Below are positions 1 through 9,570 of a DNA stretch of 64,000 nt, piece by piece. The stretch comes from Candidatus Bathyarchaeota archaeon (lineage in GTDB: Archaea > Thermoproteota > Bathyarchaeia > Bathyarchaeales > Bathycorpusculaceae): NCBI GenBank assembly GCA_963815095.1, contig CAWFFH010000005.1:64001-128000 (forward strand), in the 5' to 3' direction. The position numbers were made by a program, and so were the translations under genes. The notes under the pieces are model-generated. The model was not told the origin of the DNA and did not search any database. It saw nothing but the letters and a program-made list of their open reading frames with translations. Numbering within the stretch: the stretch's first letter is position 1; every line of letters starts with the position of its first letter.

Positions 1-2
1 GC

Positions 3-317
3 ACAATCGGCGTGACAAAAGAAGAGCGAGCAAAAAAACAAAACGTTATAGTTGACATAGAAATTTTCTGCGACTTAACCCACGCAGGAAAAACAGACGA
101 CCTAACCAAATCCATAAACTACGCCCAAGTTCAAGAACAAGTAACCGCCACAGTTACAAATGGCGAATTTATACTCTTAGAAGGTCTTGCGCAAACCGTG
201 GCGTCCCTCATTTTGAAAGATTCACTTGCTTCTCAAGTAACAGTAGCCATTAAGAAGGAAAAATACGGAAGCAAACCGGTAATGGGCGTTGAGATTACAA
301 GGGAACGAAATGGTTGA
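3..317 (+). CDS. folB: Dihydroneopterin aldolase, 5'-partial (frame is open to the window edge)
   Basis: TIGVTKEERAKKQ..DIEI..D.L..SINY..V and F.LLE.LA motifs of bacterial FolB; overlaps folK. Confidence 0.9.
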   Translation, partial: TIGVTKEERAKKQNVIVDIEIFCDLTHAGKTDDLTKSINYAQVQEQVTATVTNGEFILLEGLAQTVASLILKDSLASQVTVAIKKEKYGSKPVMGVEITRERNG

Positions 318-789
318 GGCATACATCGCGTTTGGGTCCAACATCGGAGACCGAGAAGCAAACATAAACAAAGCATTGGATACTTTAAGAAAGAAAATAA
401 AAATAATCAAAACTTCCTCGCTTTATGAAACTAAGCCGATGTATTTGGAAAATCAAGACTGGTTCTTAAACGGCGTCGCAATAATAGAAACAACATTCAA
501 ACCCGAAGAGCTTCTGGGCGTTTTGAAAAGAATCGAAAAAAAAATGGGCAGAAAAGAAGTTGGAAGAAACGGACCAAGAATAATTGACTTAGACATTTTA
601 TTCTACAAAAACCAGATAATAAATGAAGACAAATTACACATACCGCACCCAAAAATTCAGGAAAGAGCCTTTGTCCTGGTGCCTTTGGCAGAAATCGAAC
701 CAAACCTTATCCACCCAATCTACAAAAAAACAATTGCTCAATTGTTATCTGAACTAAAATACAATAAAAAAGAAATCAAAAAGTCATAA
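310..789 (+). CDS. folK: 2-amino-4-hydroxy-6-hydroxymethyldihydropteridine diphosphokinase (HPPK)
   Basis: AYIAFGSNIGDR, WFLNGV, GPRIIDLDIL, IPHP..QERAFVLVPL; ATG at 310 overlaps the end of folB. Confidence 0.95.
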   Translation: MVEAYIAFGSNIGDREANINKALDTLRKKIKIIKTSSLYETKPMYLENQDWFLNGVAIIETTFKPEELLGVLKRIEKKMGRKEVGRNGPRIIDLDILFYKNQIINEDKLHIPHPKIQERAFVLVPLAEIEPNLIHPIYKKTIAQLLSELKYNKKEIKKS

Positions 790-803
790 TTTAGGTTAAG
801 GGC

Positions 804-1790
804 ATGAAAGAAGACATCAAGGTTTACGTGAAGACTCCCGCCAGATTGCATTTGGGACTTATAGATTTGAACGGTGATTTAGGGAGAATTTTTGGAGGTT
901 TAGGAGTAGCTATCGATCATCCAAACGTGGTCCTCGAAGCTAAAATGTCACAGAAACTAATAGCTAGAGGTGAACAGACCGAATTAACTCAAAACATAGC
1001 TGCCAGGTTCCTTAAGGCTTACAAAATAAATGAAAATGTCGCAATTGACGTAAAACAAGTAATTCCCGAACACATAGGGCTAGGGTCTGGTACACAGTTG
1101 GCTTTGGCTGTGGCAGCTTCAATTTCACGCTTGTTTAATGTAATAGCTTCACCTCAGGAGTGGGCTGCAGTATTGGGAAGAACCGCACAGTCAGGCGTGG
1201 GAACCGGAGTATTTGCAGAAGGAGGACTAGTTGTTGACGCAGGAAAAAACACCCAAAACTCAAACCACAAAACTATCCCAATTATCTGCCGCCAACCCTT
1301 TCCAGACGAGTGGCGCTTTGTTGTTGCAATTCCCAACACAAAAAAAGGGTTAGAAAAAGAAGCCGAAACTGTAGCATTCAAAAAACTGCCGCCCATGCCA
1401 ACTGAAGCGGTGGGCAAAATCTGCCGACTAACAATGATGAAGCTTCTTCCAGCCACCGCCGAAAAGGACATCGAAAACTTTGGAGCAGCCTTAACCCAAA
1501 TACAGAACATTGTTGGGGACAGTTTTGCAGCTGCTCAAGGCGGGCGATTCTCAAGTTCTCCAGCTGCCCAAACTATCGGGTTCATGCTTGAAAACGGAGC
1601 TTATGGGGCTGGTCAGAGTTCTTGGGGACCCACGGTTTATGGCGTAGTCAAAAGCACCGACGCCAAAGAAGTTCAAGCAAAAACCCAGGCTTTTCTCGAC
1701 GGGAAAGTTGGCGGAAAAGTTTTAGTTGCCAAAGCCAATAATCGGGGCGCAATAATCAGGGTCTACAAAACTGAAACGAAAAACTTATAA
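804..1790 (+). CDS. mptG: Beta-ribofuranosylaminobenzene 5'-phosphate (beta-RFAP) synthase, GHMP kinase fold
   Basis: PARLHLGLIDL.G.LGR..GG.G, HIGLGSGTQL, GQSSWGPT. Confidence 0.85.
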   Translation: MKEDIKVYVKTPARLHLGLIDLNGDLGRIFGGLGVAIDHPNVVLEAKMSQKLIARGEQTELTQNIAARFLKAYKINENVAIDVKQVIPEHIGLGSGTQLALAVAASISRLFNVIASPQEWAAVLGRTAQSGVGTGVFAEGGLVVDAGKNTQNSNHKTIPIICRQPFPDEWRFVVAIPNTKKGLEKEAETVAFKKLPPMPTEAVGKICRLTMMKLLPATAEKDIENFGAALTQIQNIVGDSFAAAQGGRFSSSPAAQTIGFMLENGAYGAGQSSWGPTVYGVVKSTDAKEVQAKTQAFLDGKVGGKVLVAKANNRGAIIRVYKTETKNL

Positions 1791-1824
1791 TTCCGCAAAC
1801 GGCATGAGCGAGGCAGTGGACAGA

Positions 1825-2787
1825 ATGCAAGAAACTAACACAGTGAAAGTAAGTGCCCCTGCTCATCTTCATACCGGCAATTTTGACATGACTGGAGACC
1901 TTGGAAGACTGTATGGAACCGTTGGTTTCGCAGTTGATAGGTGTCTTGAAATTGAAGTTACAAAAACTGATGAAGTTAAAGCGAACGATGATGCGGCATA
2001 CCTTTTCACTAAACGTTTTGCAGAAACCTTTGATTTAGCAGGAGCAGAAGTTAAAGTTAAAAAAGCTATTCCGAAATTTGTCGGAATGGGATACCACACG
2101 ACACTTGCCCTTTCAATAGGCAGTGCAATGGCTAAATTGTATGGGTTAAAATTAACCGCGGAAGAAATCGCCTTGGCAATGAAACGCGGCGCAATAACAA
2201 GCCTTGGGGTCCATGCATTCAAAGTTGGCGGATTCATTGTTGAAGGCGGATTCCGCATTAAAGAAAGAGAAAAAATGATTCCTCCCCTAATCTTTCATCA
2301 AGATATTCCAAGCAACTGGCATTTCGTCATCGCCATAGCAAACGAACCACAAGAAAAAATCGTTAAAATGAGAGAAAACGAAGACCATATCCTTCGAAAC
2401 CTCAAACTGATGCCCAAAGAAACCTCAGACATGCTCTCAAGAATCGTGCTAGTTAAAATCATACCCTCCATCGTTGAAAACGACCTCAAATCGTTTGGCG
2501 AAGGGTTAACAGCTTTTAATTCAGAGCTGGGCAAGTTTTGGAATGAATACCAATGCGGAAGAACCTACTGTCATCCCGTAGTTGAAGAGGCAATAAAAAT
2601 TATGCTGCGCCGAAGCACATGTGCATGCCAAACGTCTTGGGGACCCACAATCTACGGCATAGTAGATCGCCTAAGCGAAGCTGAAACCCTCTCAAAAGAA
2701 CTTAACGCGTATTTGGCGAAGAATGGCGGAGGAGAAGTCTTCATCACTAAAGCTAACAACGTTGGAGCAGTTATTGGGGGCAAGTAG
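1825..2787 (+). CDS. Second, divergent beta-RFAP synthase family protein
   Basis: PAHLHTGNFD.TGDLGR and CQTSWGPT retained; phosphate loop altered to VGMGYHTT; start at 1804 or 1825. Confidence 0.75.
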   Translation: MQETNTVKVSAPAHLHTGNFDMTGDLGRLYGTVGFAVDRCLEIEVTKTDEVKANDDAAYLFTKRFAETFDLAGAEVKVKKAIPKFVGMGYHTTLALSIGSAMAKLYGLKLTAEEIALAMKRGAITSLGVHAFKVGGFIVEGGFRIKEREKMIPPLIFHQDIPSNWHFVIAIANEPQEKIVKMRENEDHILRNLKLMPKETSDMLSRIVLVKIIPSIVENDLKSFGEGLTAFNSELGKFWNEYQCGRTYCHPVVEEAIKIMLRRSTCACQTSWGPTIYGIVDRLSEAETLSKELNAYLAKNGGGEVFITKANNVGAVIGGK

Positions 2788-2789
2788 TT

Positions 2790-3942
2790 TTGGTCAAATC
2801 CATAGGGATTGACTCTGGAACAAAAACTATGGATATTTTTGGCTTCGACGACAAAGACGGCAAAGTAATAATTGACGTTGCCATTCCCAGAGACGAAATT
2901 ACCAAAAGCGCTAAACTTGTTGTTGAAAAAATTCGGGAAGCCCAGTCCCGTGTTGGAAAAATAGATGCCATAGTGGGTCCGTCAGGTTATGGGATGAATT
3001 TAAAAAAAGCTCAGGTAGCCACAGATGAAGAAATTGCTGAAGCAACTTTTGTAACAGAAGCTGACATCAAACGAAGACTAAGAATAATTGGTCTTAGAGA
3101 GCTCATGCAACTGCTCCGAAGTGCAGACGACTTGAACACATGGTTCACTCAAGGCGTTATACATCTAACAACCGTGCCGAAACATCGGAAAGCTAACAGA
3201 ATTGACATGGGAACTTCAGACAAAGTTCTAAGCGTCGTACTATGCTGTTAAGGACCAAGCGGAAAGATTAAAAATTCCATACGCTCAAACATCATTAATT
3301 CTTGTTGAAGTTGGATTCGGATACACCTCAGCAATTGCAGTGAAAAACGGACAAATAATCGATGCTATGGCAGGAACAGCAGGTTTTCCATCGTTTCTCG
3401 GCAGCGGTTTTTGGGATTCAGAAGTAGCTTACGCCGTAGCCAACGCGACGGACGATTTTTCTAAACAACTTCTCTTCGCCGGCGGAGTAGCATCTTTTGC
3501 CGGAATTGATGCTTCCAAGCCTTTGGAGGAATTTATCAAAGCAGCAAAAACCAACCTGCAAGTCAAACAGGGCTACGATATGATGTTAGAATCAATAGTC
3601 AAAGATGTAGCATCACTGCTTCCAACAGCTAAGCCCAAGGAAATAATTCTCAGCGGAAGATTCACACGGATACCTGAGTTTCTGGCAGCTATGAAAAGCG
3701 AACTTTCAGGTTTCTTTAAGGATACAGGCTTGAAAGTTGATATCGTGGTGCTTGAGAGTAAAGCGGCAGTGACTAAGCAAGCGGCCGAAGGCGCAGCGAT
3801 TTTTGCAAACGGCTTAGCCGGGGGCAAATACAAACCAATCATCGATGCCATGCATCTTAGGGAAAGTGAAGGAACAGTGTTTAGTAACCTTTACCTTGGG
3901 GACAAAGTTAAAGAAGGCTTGAGACAGTTTAAAAAACTGTAA
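2790..3942 (+). pseudogene. DUF1464/COG2441 (ASKHA-fold, butyrate kinase-like) gene split by a frameshift near 3243
   Basis: GIDSGTK, PSGYG and NRIDMGTSDK lie in frame 1, which stops at 3249-3251; the +1 frame from 3244 reads AVKDQAERLKIPYAQTSLILVEVGFGYT and runs into the 3340-3942 ORF (ILSGR, KQAAEGAA..A.GLAGG). Confidence 0.8.
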
Positions 3943-3961
3943 CCCCAAATCAGATATTAGT

Positions 3962-5539
3962 TTATTTTTCAAACAGTTTCTTGTCTTGAATGTATTCTTT
4001 GCCTGTTCGCAGAGCGATTTCAGCTTTCGCCAACTCGCTGCCCAAGTAAGCCGCATGGTCAAGCCTTGAAACCAAACCCGACTCAACAATCTGCTCGTAA
4101 ACCTGCTCCGCCGTTTTGCCCTTAACAATCAAGTTCGGCGCTGGGTCATCAGCCCAATTGAAATGCTCAGCAACAAGACTTTGTTCTTGGCGATCAACAA
4201 AAATCCTGAAAGACCCTGCTTTATCCAATTCAGCAATTTTCTCTGGGTTCTTATTCTGCAAAACACACGTTTTTTGCTCTAACGCTTTTTCGTATGGCTG
4301 TTCCCTATTCCGCTTATCCTTCAAGACGAGGAGATCTATGCCTAGGTCTTTGGGAACTGACCCGCGCTTCTTCGCCAGAAACATCATTTTGGCAGCTGTA
4401 GCTTCTTCGGATATGGTGCCTTTTGCTTTGTCGCTTTTCTCTGTTGCCAAAAGCATGCATGCATCAACTTCAGAAGACAAACGCGCAAGCAAAGCATTAA
4501 TTCCTACTGAATCGGCATCCATAAGTTCAGTTACATTAGAGACGCCCACAAAAAGTGGCACTGTGGGGTTTCTCTCTGTGAACTCTTTGAAAGCGATAAA
4601 AGATTCTAACACATCGCATGGGTCAAGTATCAAATCTGCAAGGCATCGGTTTATTCCTAATTTTTTTGCTTTTACGATGTTTTCTTCAAGGTATTTGACG
4701 CGGTCTTGGCCTTTTTTGGGGAAGTAGCCTTGGCTCTGGTTAGTGGGGATGATTACAACCGCAACTTTGGAGACAAATGGGGCAATTGCATCTATATTTC
4801 CTGCATCTACGCTTAGCACAAGTTCTGCGCCTGCTTCAACTGCCGCTTTTATCTCAGCTGGGTCAAGCGAATCAATACTCACAGGTACATCAACAACCTG
4901 CTTAACCCACTCAACCATATGCTTGGCTTTTTCAGGTTGCGATTCGCCTGCAACCATACCCAAATCAATAATGCTTGCGCCTGCCTCAACGAATCGTTTT
5001 GCTGTCCGTTGAATCGTTTCCTTATCCATTAAAGCGGAATCAACGATTTCCGCCAGAATCCGCATGGGAAAATCTTCGCCCACTGCTACGTTCCCAATCA
5101 GCATACTTCCAGGTTTTTTGAGCAGTTCTGCGCAATTCTTCTCTGTTTTTTCTATTTCTTGAAGAGCTTTTTGCTGGAGTTTTTCGCTGAGCAAATCGTC
5201 TGCTGTCAAAGTTGTTGAAAGTTGAATATCGCAGAGCGAATCCAAAACGGTTGGCAGGTCAGCCGCATATCTTGGACCCTTAAATGCTAGGATGCCCACG
5301 GCTTTTGAAATTATGGAGGTGTCTCCGCGGACTAAGCCGGGCACTAAAATCATGTTGAAACCTTCTAATTTTTTAGTTTTGAGAGAATCGGCGATGGCTT
5401 GTGGAGTTAACAGAGCGGCAACAGCCATCTTGAGTGCCAACGTTTCTGTTTCTATGCTGCTTTCTTTAGCACATCTTTTTACCGTGTCTTCTGCAAGCAT
5501 GCCAGTAACCAAAAGTACCTTCAAAGCTTGGTTCTCCAC
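3962..5539 (-). CDS. Dihydropteroate synthase-like protein of methanopterin synthesis (Orf20/MJ0107-like; C-terminal DUF4346-like domain)
   Basis: LLVTGMLA, VAALLTP, ILAEIVD, IIDLG, VSIDS, GVSNVTELMDADS.G.N, LDHAAYLGSELAKAEIAL..G..Y.QD. Confidence 0.85.
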   Translation of the reverse strand: MENQALKVLLVTGMLAEDTVKRCAKESSIETETLALKMAVAALLTPQAIADSLKTKKLEGFNMILVPGLVRGDTSIISKAVGILAFKGPRYAADLPTVLDSLCDIQLSTTLTADDLLSEKLQQKALQEIEKTEKNCAELLKKPGSMLIGNVAVGEDFPMRILAEIVDSALMDKETIQRTAKRFVEAGASIIDLGMVAGESQPEKAKHMVEWVKQVVDVPVSIDSLDPAEIKAAVEAGAELVLSVDAGNIDAIAPFVSKVAVVIIPTNQSQGYFPKKGQDRVKYLEENIVKAKKLGINRCLADLILDPCDVLESFIAFKEFTERNPTVPLFVGVSNVTELMDADSVGINALLARLSSEVDACMLLATEKSDKAKGTISEEATAAKMMFLAKKRGSVPKDLGIDLLVLKDKRNREQPYEKALEQKTCVLQNKNPEKIAELDKAGSFRIFVDRQEQSLVAEHFNWADDPAPNLIVKGKTAEQVYEQIVESGLVSRLDHAAYLGSELAKAEIALRTGKEYIQDKKLFEK

Positions 5540-6171
5540 GAAGCGATTCTTTTCATTAAATCATCCATAACTGTAGAGTATGCAGAGTTAGGAGCCACGC
5601 GATTTACCAAGTTCTTTTGGTTTTCAATCATTTCTAAAAGTTCGTTGACTTGCTTCTGTTTCTTTTCTTCTATAATGAAAACTTTTACACGTGTCGCGTT
5701 GATGACGGCTTCAACGGTTATCGACATTGCGCGGCAGTAAACCTGAGGATATTTTTTTGGCGCATTTATTCGCATCACGTCGCAGGCGAATTTTGTTCTT
5801 TCTAAGCCTTCTGGTTTGGCACTGCTGACTGATACTTCGATAGTAGCGTCTGCAAAGCGTAGTTTGGGCGCGTTAAAGGTTTTTGCTCTATCAAACCAGT
5901 CAGGTGGCAATTGTTCGCTGGGGGTTGTGTCTTTGAAGGTGACTTTGTAAAAAACCTCTATTTTGTTAGTTAAATTAATGACGGCGCATTTGTTCGCTTT
6001 TAGATTGCGGTTGGTTGATGATGAATTGAAAATATTCATGGTTACAGTTTGTTCATTTTCCATTAGGATGCCCATGGGTGCGGCATTGGGTGTTCCATCC
6101 GAATTATAGGTTGAAACAATGGTCTCTGCGAATATGCCTTTCGAGAAACCCAAATCACTTAATGTTGCCAA
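5521..6171 (-). CDS. DUF447 family protein (flavin-binding split barrel, associated with H4MPT clusters)
   Basis: ETIVSTYN.DGTPNAAPMG..., S.T.RNL, CRA..TVEAVI.ATR; likely TTG start at 6171 or 6174 after a GGTGA SD; the ORF-track extension to 6423 looks non-coding. Confidence 0.8.
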   Translation of the reverse strand: MATLSDLGFSKGIFAETIVSTYNSDGTPNAAPMGILMENEQTVTMNIFNSSSTNRNLKANKCAVINLTNKIEVFYKVTFKDTTPSEQLPPDWFDRAKTFNAPKLRFADATIEVSVSSAKPEGLERTKFACDVMRINAPKKYPQVYCRAMSITVEAVINATRVKVFIIEEKKQKQVNELLEMIENQKNLVNRVAPNSAYSTVMDDLMKRIASWRTKL

Positions 6172-6457
6172 CAAGTCACCCAGCCAAGTTCGAAGGTCGT
6201 TTACATCTTTTTGATTGAAGGTAAATTTTTCATAATCAAATAATAAAGGTTTGCCAAGCAACCTCCTTTCAAAACTCCCTCCAAATTGGCGTGCTAAGCA
6301 TATAAAGAGACTTTTTGATCTTCGACTGATTTTGTGTTTAAACAAATGCAGTAAATTCAAGAGCCTAACAGAAGGATATTTTAAATATCCTAACTGCTTC
6401 AGAATCAACCAAGAACGCTTCAAAAACGATCAACAACATAACCTTTAAAGTGCAATC

Positions 6458-6976
6458 ATGCAAAAACTAAACCTTATTCCTACTCTCATGAGTTCGTTGC
6501 GGATCGCAGCCTTACCCCTCTTCATCTACCTATACAATTTAGGCAACATAACCTCGTGCTTAATTCTATTGGCTTTTTGTGCAGCAACCGACTTCTTCGA
6601 CGGCTACCTCGCAAGAAAATTTAGGGCAACTTCAAAATTTGGTGCCTACTATGATGCCACAACTGACTTCATCTTCATTATAGGAATATTCGTACTATTC
6701 TATACAGATGGATATTATCCCATTTGGCTACTTTTACTCATCGGAATAGCGTTCACTCAGTTTTTAGCCACAAGCATCTACGCAAAAAAACTCTACGACC
6801 CAGTGGGCAGGTATCTTGGAAGCGCCCTCTTCATAGGCATCGTACTAACCTTGCTTTGGTCAACAGGAGTTGTCTTTGCTTTTGTACAGTATGCATTTGT
6901 AGGATTCCTCTCAGTTTCGCTAGCAAGCCGTTTAGTGAGCTTAACGAAAAAAGATGATACCCCTAAACTAAAATAG
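6458..6976 (+). CDS. CDP-alcohol phosphatidyltransferase (PgsA-like)
   Basis: Complete DxxDGxxAR(x8)GxxxDxxxD motif: DFFDGYLARKFRATSKFGAYYDATTD. Confidence 0.9.
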   Translation: MQKLNLIPTLMSSLRIAALPLFIYLYNLGNITSCLILLAFCAATDFFDGYLARKFRATSKFGAYYDATTDFIFIIGIFVLFYTDGYYPIWLLLLIGIAFTQFLATSIYAKKLYDPVGRYLGSALFIGIVLTLLWSTGVVFAFVQYAFVGFLSVSLASRLVSLTKKDDTPKLK

Positions 6977-7016
6977 GTTCTATTCTTTATTTTTCTCATT
7001 AAATTTCGGTGTTATC

Positions 7017-8036
7017 TTGCCAGAAAAAACATCTGCGTCTAAAAAAGACTTGCCAGAGCAGATTCGCGTTTCCATAGGTTCTGCCATAGTTCTTGAGCTC
7101 TTAGCGGGCAAATTGGATGCTGAGCCAACAACAGCGTATTTGATGACTTTCAGATCGGGAAAGTGCACGGCAAATTGTGGGTTTTGTCCCCAAGCACGCG
7201 CCAGCAAAGGCAATACCGAGCTTCTTTCCAGAGTCACATGGCCAAGCTTTCCAACCCCAAACGTTTTGACGGAGCTCGCGGCAAAGGCAAAGTCGAGAAA
7301 AATCAAGCGCGTATGTATTCAAGCCCTAAACTACCCAGACGTTTTTAGGCACATCGAAACGCTGGTTCAAGAAATAAAAAAGCATTCATCAATTCCTATT
7401 TCAGTCTCATGCCAACCTCTTAACAAAAACAATATTCAACGTTTAGCAAAAGCTGGCGTTGACAGAATAGGAATAGCCTTGGATGCCGCAACCGAAGACC
7501 TATTCAAGAAAGTCAAAGGCTCAGGGACAAGCAGTCTGTACACTTGGGATAACCAGTTTCGCCAACTAAAGGAAGCAATAGAAATTTTTGGCAGAAACAA
7601 TGTAAGCACACATATTATTGTTGGTTTGGGTGAAACAGAAAAAGAAGTCGCCGAAGTTATTCAGAGGTGTGTGGATTTGAGTGTTTTGCCCGCGCTCTTC
7701 GCTTTTACTCCCGTGCGAGGCACAGCTTTAGAGCATGGATTGCCACCTAAACTTGAAGTTTACAGGCGGGTGCAACTTGCCAGATACCTAATTGTTTACG
7801 GCAAAGCAAGGTTTGAGGGCATGCAGTTTGATGTTGAGGGTAGAATCGTCGATTTCGGCGTTTCCAATGAAGCGCTTAACGAATTGGTTGAGAGTGGATT
7901 ACCTTTTCGCACTTCTGGCTGCCCTGACTGCAACCGACCCTTCTACAACGAAAAACCAAGCGGACCTCTATACAACTACCCAAAGCATCCAAGCCAAAAA
8001 GAAATAGAAGAAATAAAAAAACAATTATTATATTAG
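7017..8036 (+). CDS. lipS2: Radical SAM protein, archaeal lipoyl synthase subunit LipS2
   Basis: CTANCGFC radical SAM motif, LSRVTWP, C-terminal TSGCPDCNRP motif characteristic of LipS2. Confidence 0.8.
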   Translation: MPEKTSASKKDLPEQIRVSIGSAIVLELLAGKLDAEPTTAYLMTFRSGKCTANCGFCPQARASKGNTELLSRVTWPSFPTPNVLTELAAKAKSRKIKRVCIQALNYPDVFRHIETLVQEIKKHSSIPISVSCQPLNKNNIQRLAKAGVDRIGIALDAATEDLFKKVKGSGTSSLYTWDNQFRQLKEAIEIFGRNNVSTHIIVGLGETEKEVAEVIQRCVDLSVLPALFAFTPVRGTALEHGLPPKLEVYRRVQLARYLIVYGKARFEGMQFDVEGRIVDFGVSNEALNELVESGLPFRTSGCPDCNRPFYNEKPSGPLYNYPKHPSQKEIEEIKKQLLY

Positions 8037-9374
8037 TTGGTCAGCGGTTTGATCTGACGGCTTTTTGCTATTTCTAGGCAGTTTGGGTTTTTGCCTTGTA
8101 ACTTGTTCAACTAAACGCCAGAACTCATCCATCGTGTAGCCCTTTAGCAATTCCTTCATGAGTTTTTTGACTTGGTAGTAAGTCATTTGGGCTTCACCTT
8201 TGTCGAGGCTTTCTTGTGGTCCTTTGATGCGTCTGAAAAGCTCATCCATTTGTCTTGGGGACGCGCGGACACCTGCTTTTTCAAGTAGTTTTTGGATAAG
8301 GGTTTGTCCCGTGTTTCTGCCGATGAAAATCATGGTTTCTCTGCCCACTATTTCCGGTGGGAAAGGCTCGAAAACTAAGGGTTGAGACATCATTTCTTCA
8401 ACTTCATTTTCGACTTCGTGGGTGAAGATGTTTTCGCCGATTATTGGTTTATGGAATTGGATAGGTAACGCAAAGGCCTTTTCGGCTGATTGGGCTAGGC
8501 GATAGATTTTTCCCAGGTCTATTCCAGTGTCGATATTGTAGAGTAGTTCGGTTGCGGTTACAACTTCTTCAAAGGGTGCGATGCCTGCGCGTTCGCCAAA
8601 GCCTGCAATACATGTATGTAAGTAAGATACGCCTTCTTCCATTGCTGCTAGAGTGTTTGCTGAGCCTAAGCCGAAGTCGTTGTGACAGTGGATTGATAGG
8701 GGAACTTTTTTTCTTATTGCGTCTGGTAATCCGTCGCGGATGTGTGATATTAAGTAACGCATTGAAAGTGGTCTGATAAAGCCGACGCTGTCAGCGATAC
8801 CTAATCTTATAGCGCCAGCGTTAGCTGCTGCCTCAAAAACTTGCAGTATATCTTCAATTGAGGTTCGCGTGGCATCCATGAGGATAAAGTTCACGGCTGT
8901 TCCGTGATTTTTGGCGTGTTCGATGCTTTCAACGATTCTTTGTAGAGCTTGTTCCTTTGTTAGTTTGAGTTTGTACTGTAAATTTAATCCGTTGATGGGG
9001 GATTCTATTGTTATGTCTTTTATACCGCATTCTAAACAGGCGTTTACGCTGTTCTTCGTGGCTTCTGCTGATGCGGTGAGTTTGGAGTAGGTGAATGTTT
9101 CGTTGACGATGCGTTTGACGGTGCGTTTTTCTTCTTCTGATAGAGCTGGGAATCCTACGTTTATGATGGCTACGCCTGCTTCGTCCATTAACTTTGCAAG
9201 TCTAACCTGCTCGACATAAGTTAAGTAGACGGTTGGTGCCTTGATTCCTTCGCGGAAGGTTTCATCCCAAATAAAAACGCGGTCGGGAAGCTTGGGGGGT
9301 AAATTCTTTCGTAAACGGTTATAATTTGAAATTAGCCCTTGAGCTTCGAGCTTTTTGAATATAGTCTTCCTCAT
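8028..9374 (-). CDS. LeuA/homocitrate synthase (DRE-TIM) family protein with a degenerate active site
   Basis: DETFREG, HCHNDFG, GFGERAG and KPIIGENIF recognised; the GEQ, GN and HESGIH motifs are substituted. Confidence 0.8.
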   Translation of the reverse strand: MRKTIFKKLEAQGLISNYNRLRKNLPPKLPDRVFIWDETFREGIKAPTVYLTYVEQVRLAKLMDEAGVAIINVGFPALSEEEKRTVKRIVNETFTYSKLTASAEATKNSVNACLECGIKDITIESPINGLNLQYKLKLTKEQALQRIVESIEHAKNHGTAVNFILMDATRTSIEDILQVFEAAANAGAIRLGIADSVGFIRPLSMRYLISHIRDGLPDAIRKKVPLSIHCHNDFGLGSANTLAAMEEGVSYLHTCIAGFGERAGIAPFEEVVTATELLYNIDTGIDLGKIYRLAQSAEKAFALPIQFHKPIIGENIFTHEVENEVEEMMSQPLVFEPFPPEIVGRETMIFIGRNTGQTLIQKLLEKAGVRASPRQMDELFRRIKGPQESLDKGEAQMTYYQVKKLMKELLKGYTMDEFWRLVEQVTRQKPKLPRNSKKPSDQTADQLI

Positions 9375-9570
9375 TTAGACACAATCCAACTATACAAACC
9401 TAAATTATCAACATTAATTTGCTAATACTTATATAAAACTGCATCTATCACGAGTCAACACCCGTTCAGTTTTATGTGAAATAAGTGACATTTTTTTCTT
9501 CATTGAGGGGTTAAAGGCAAAAGTCTTAAGTGCAAAAAAGGTAATCTAGCTACGATAGGGGAAGCACCGA

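Noticed and set aside
6175-6423. 83-codon N-terminal extension of the DUF447 ORF
   Set aside because: It spans the AT-rich divergent promoter region; family similarity starts only after the GGTGA SD at about 6180
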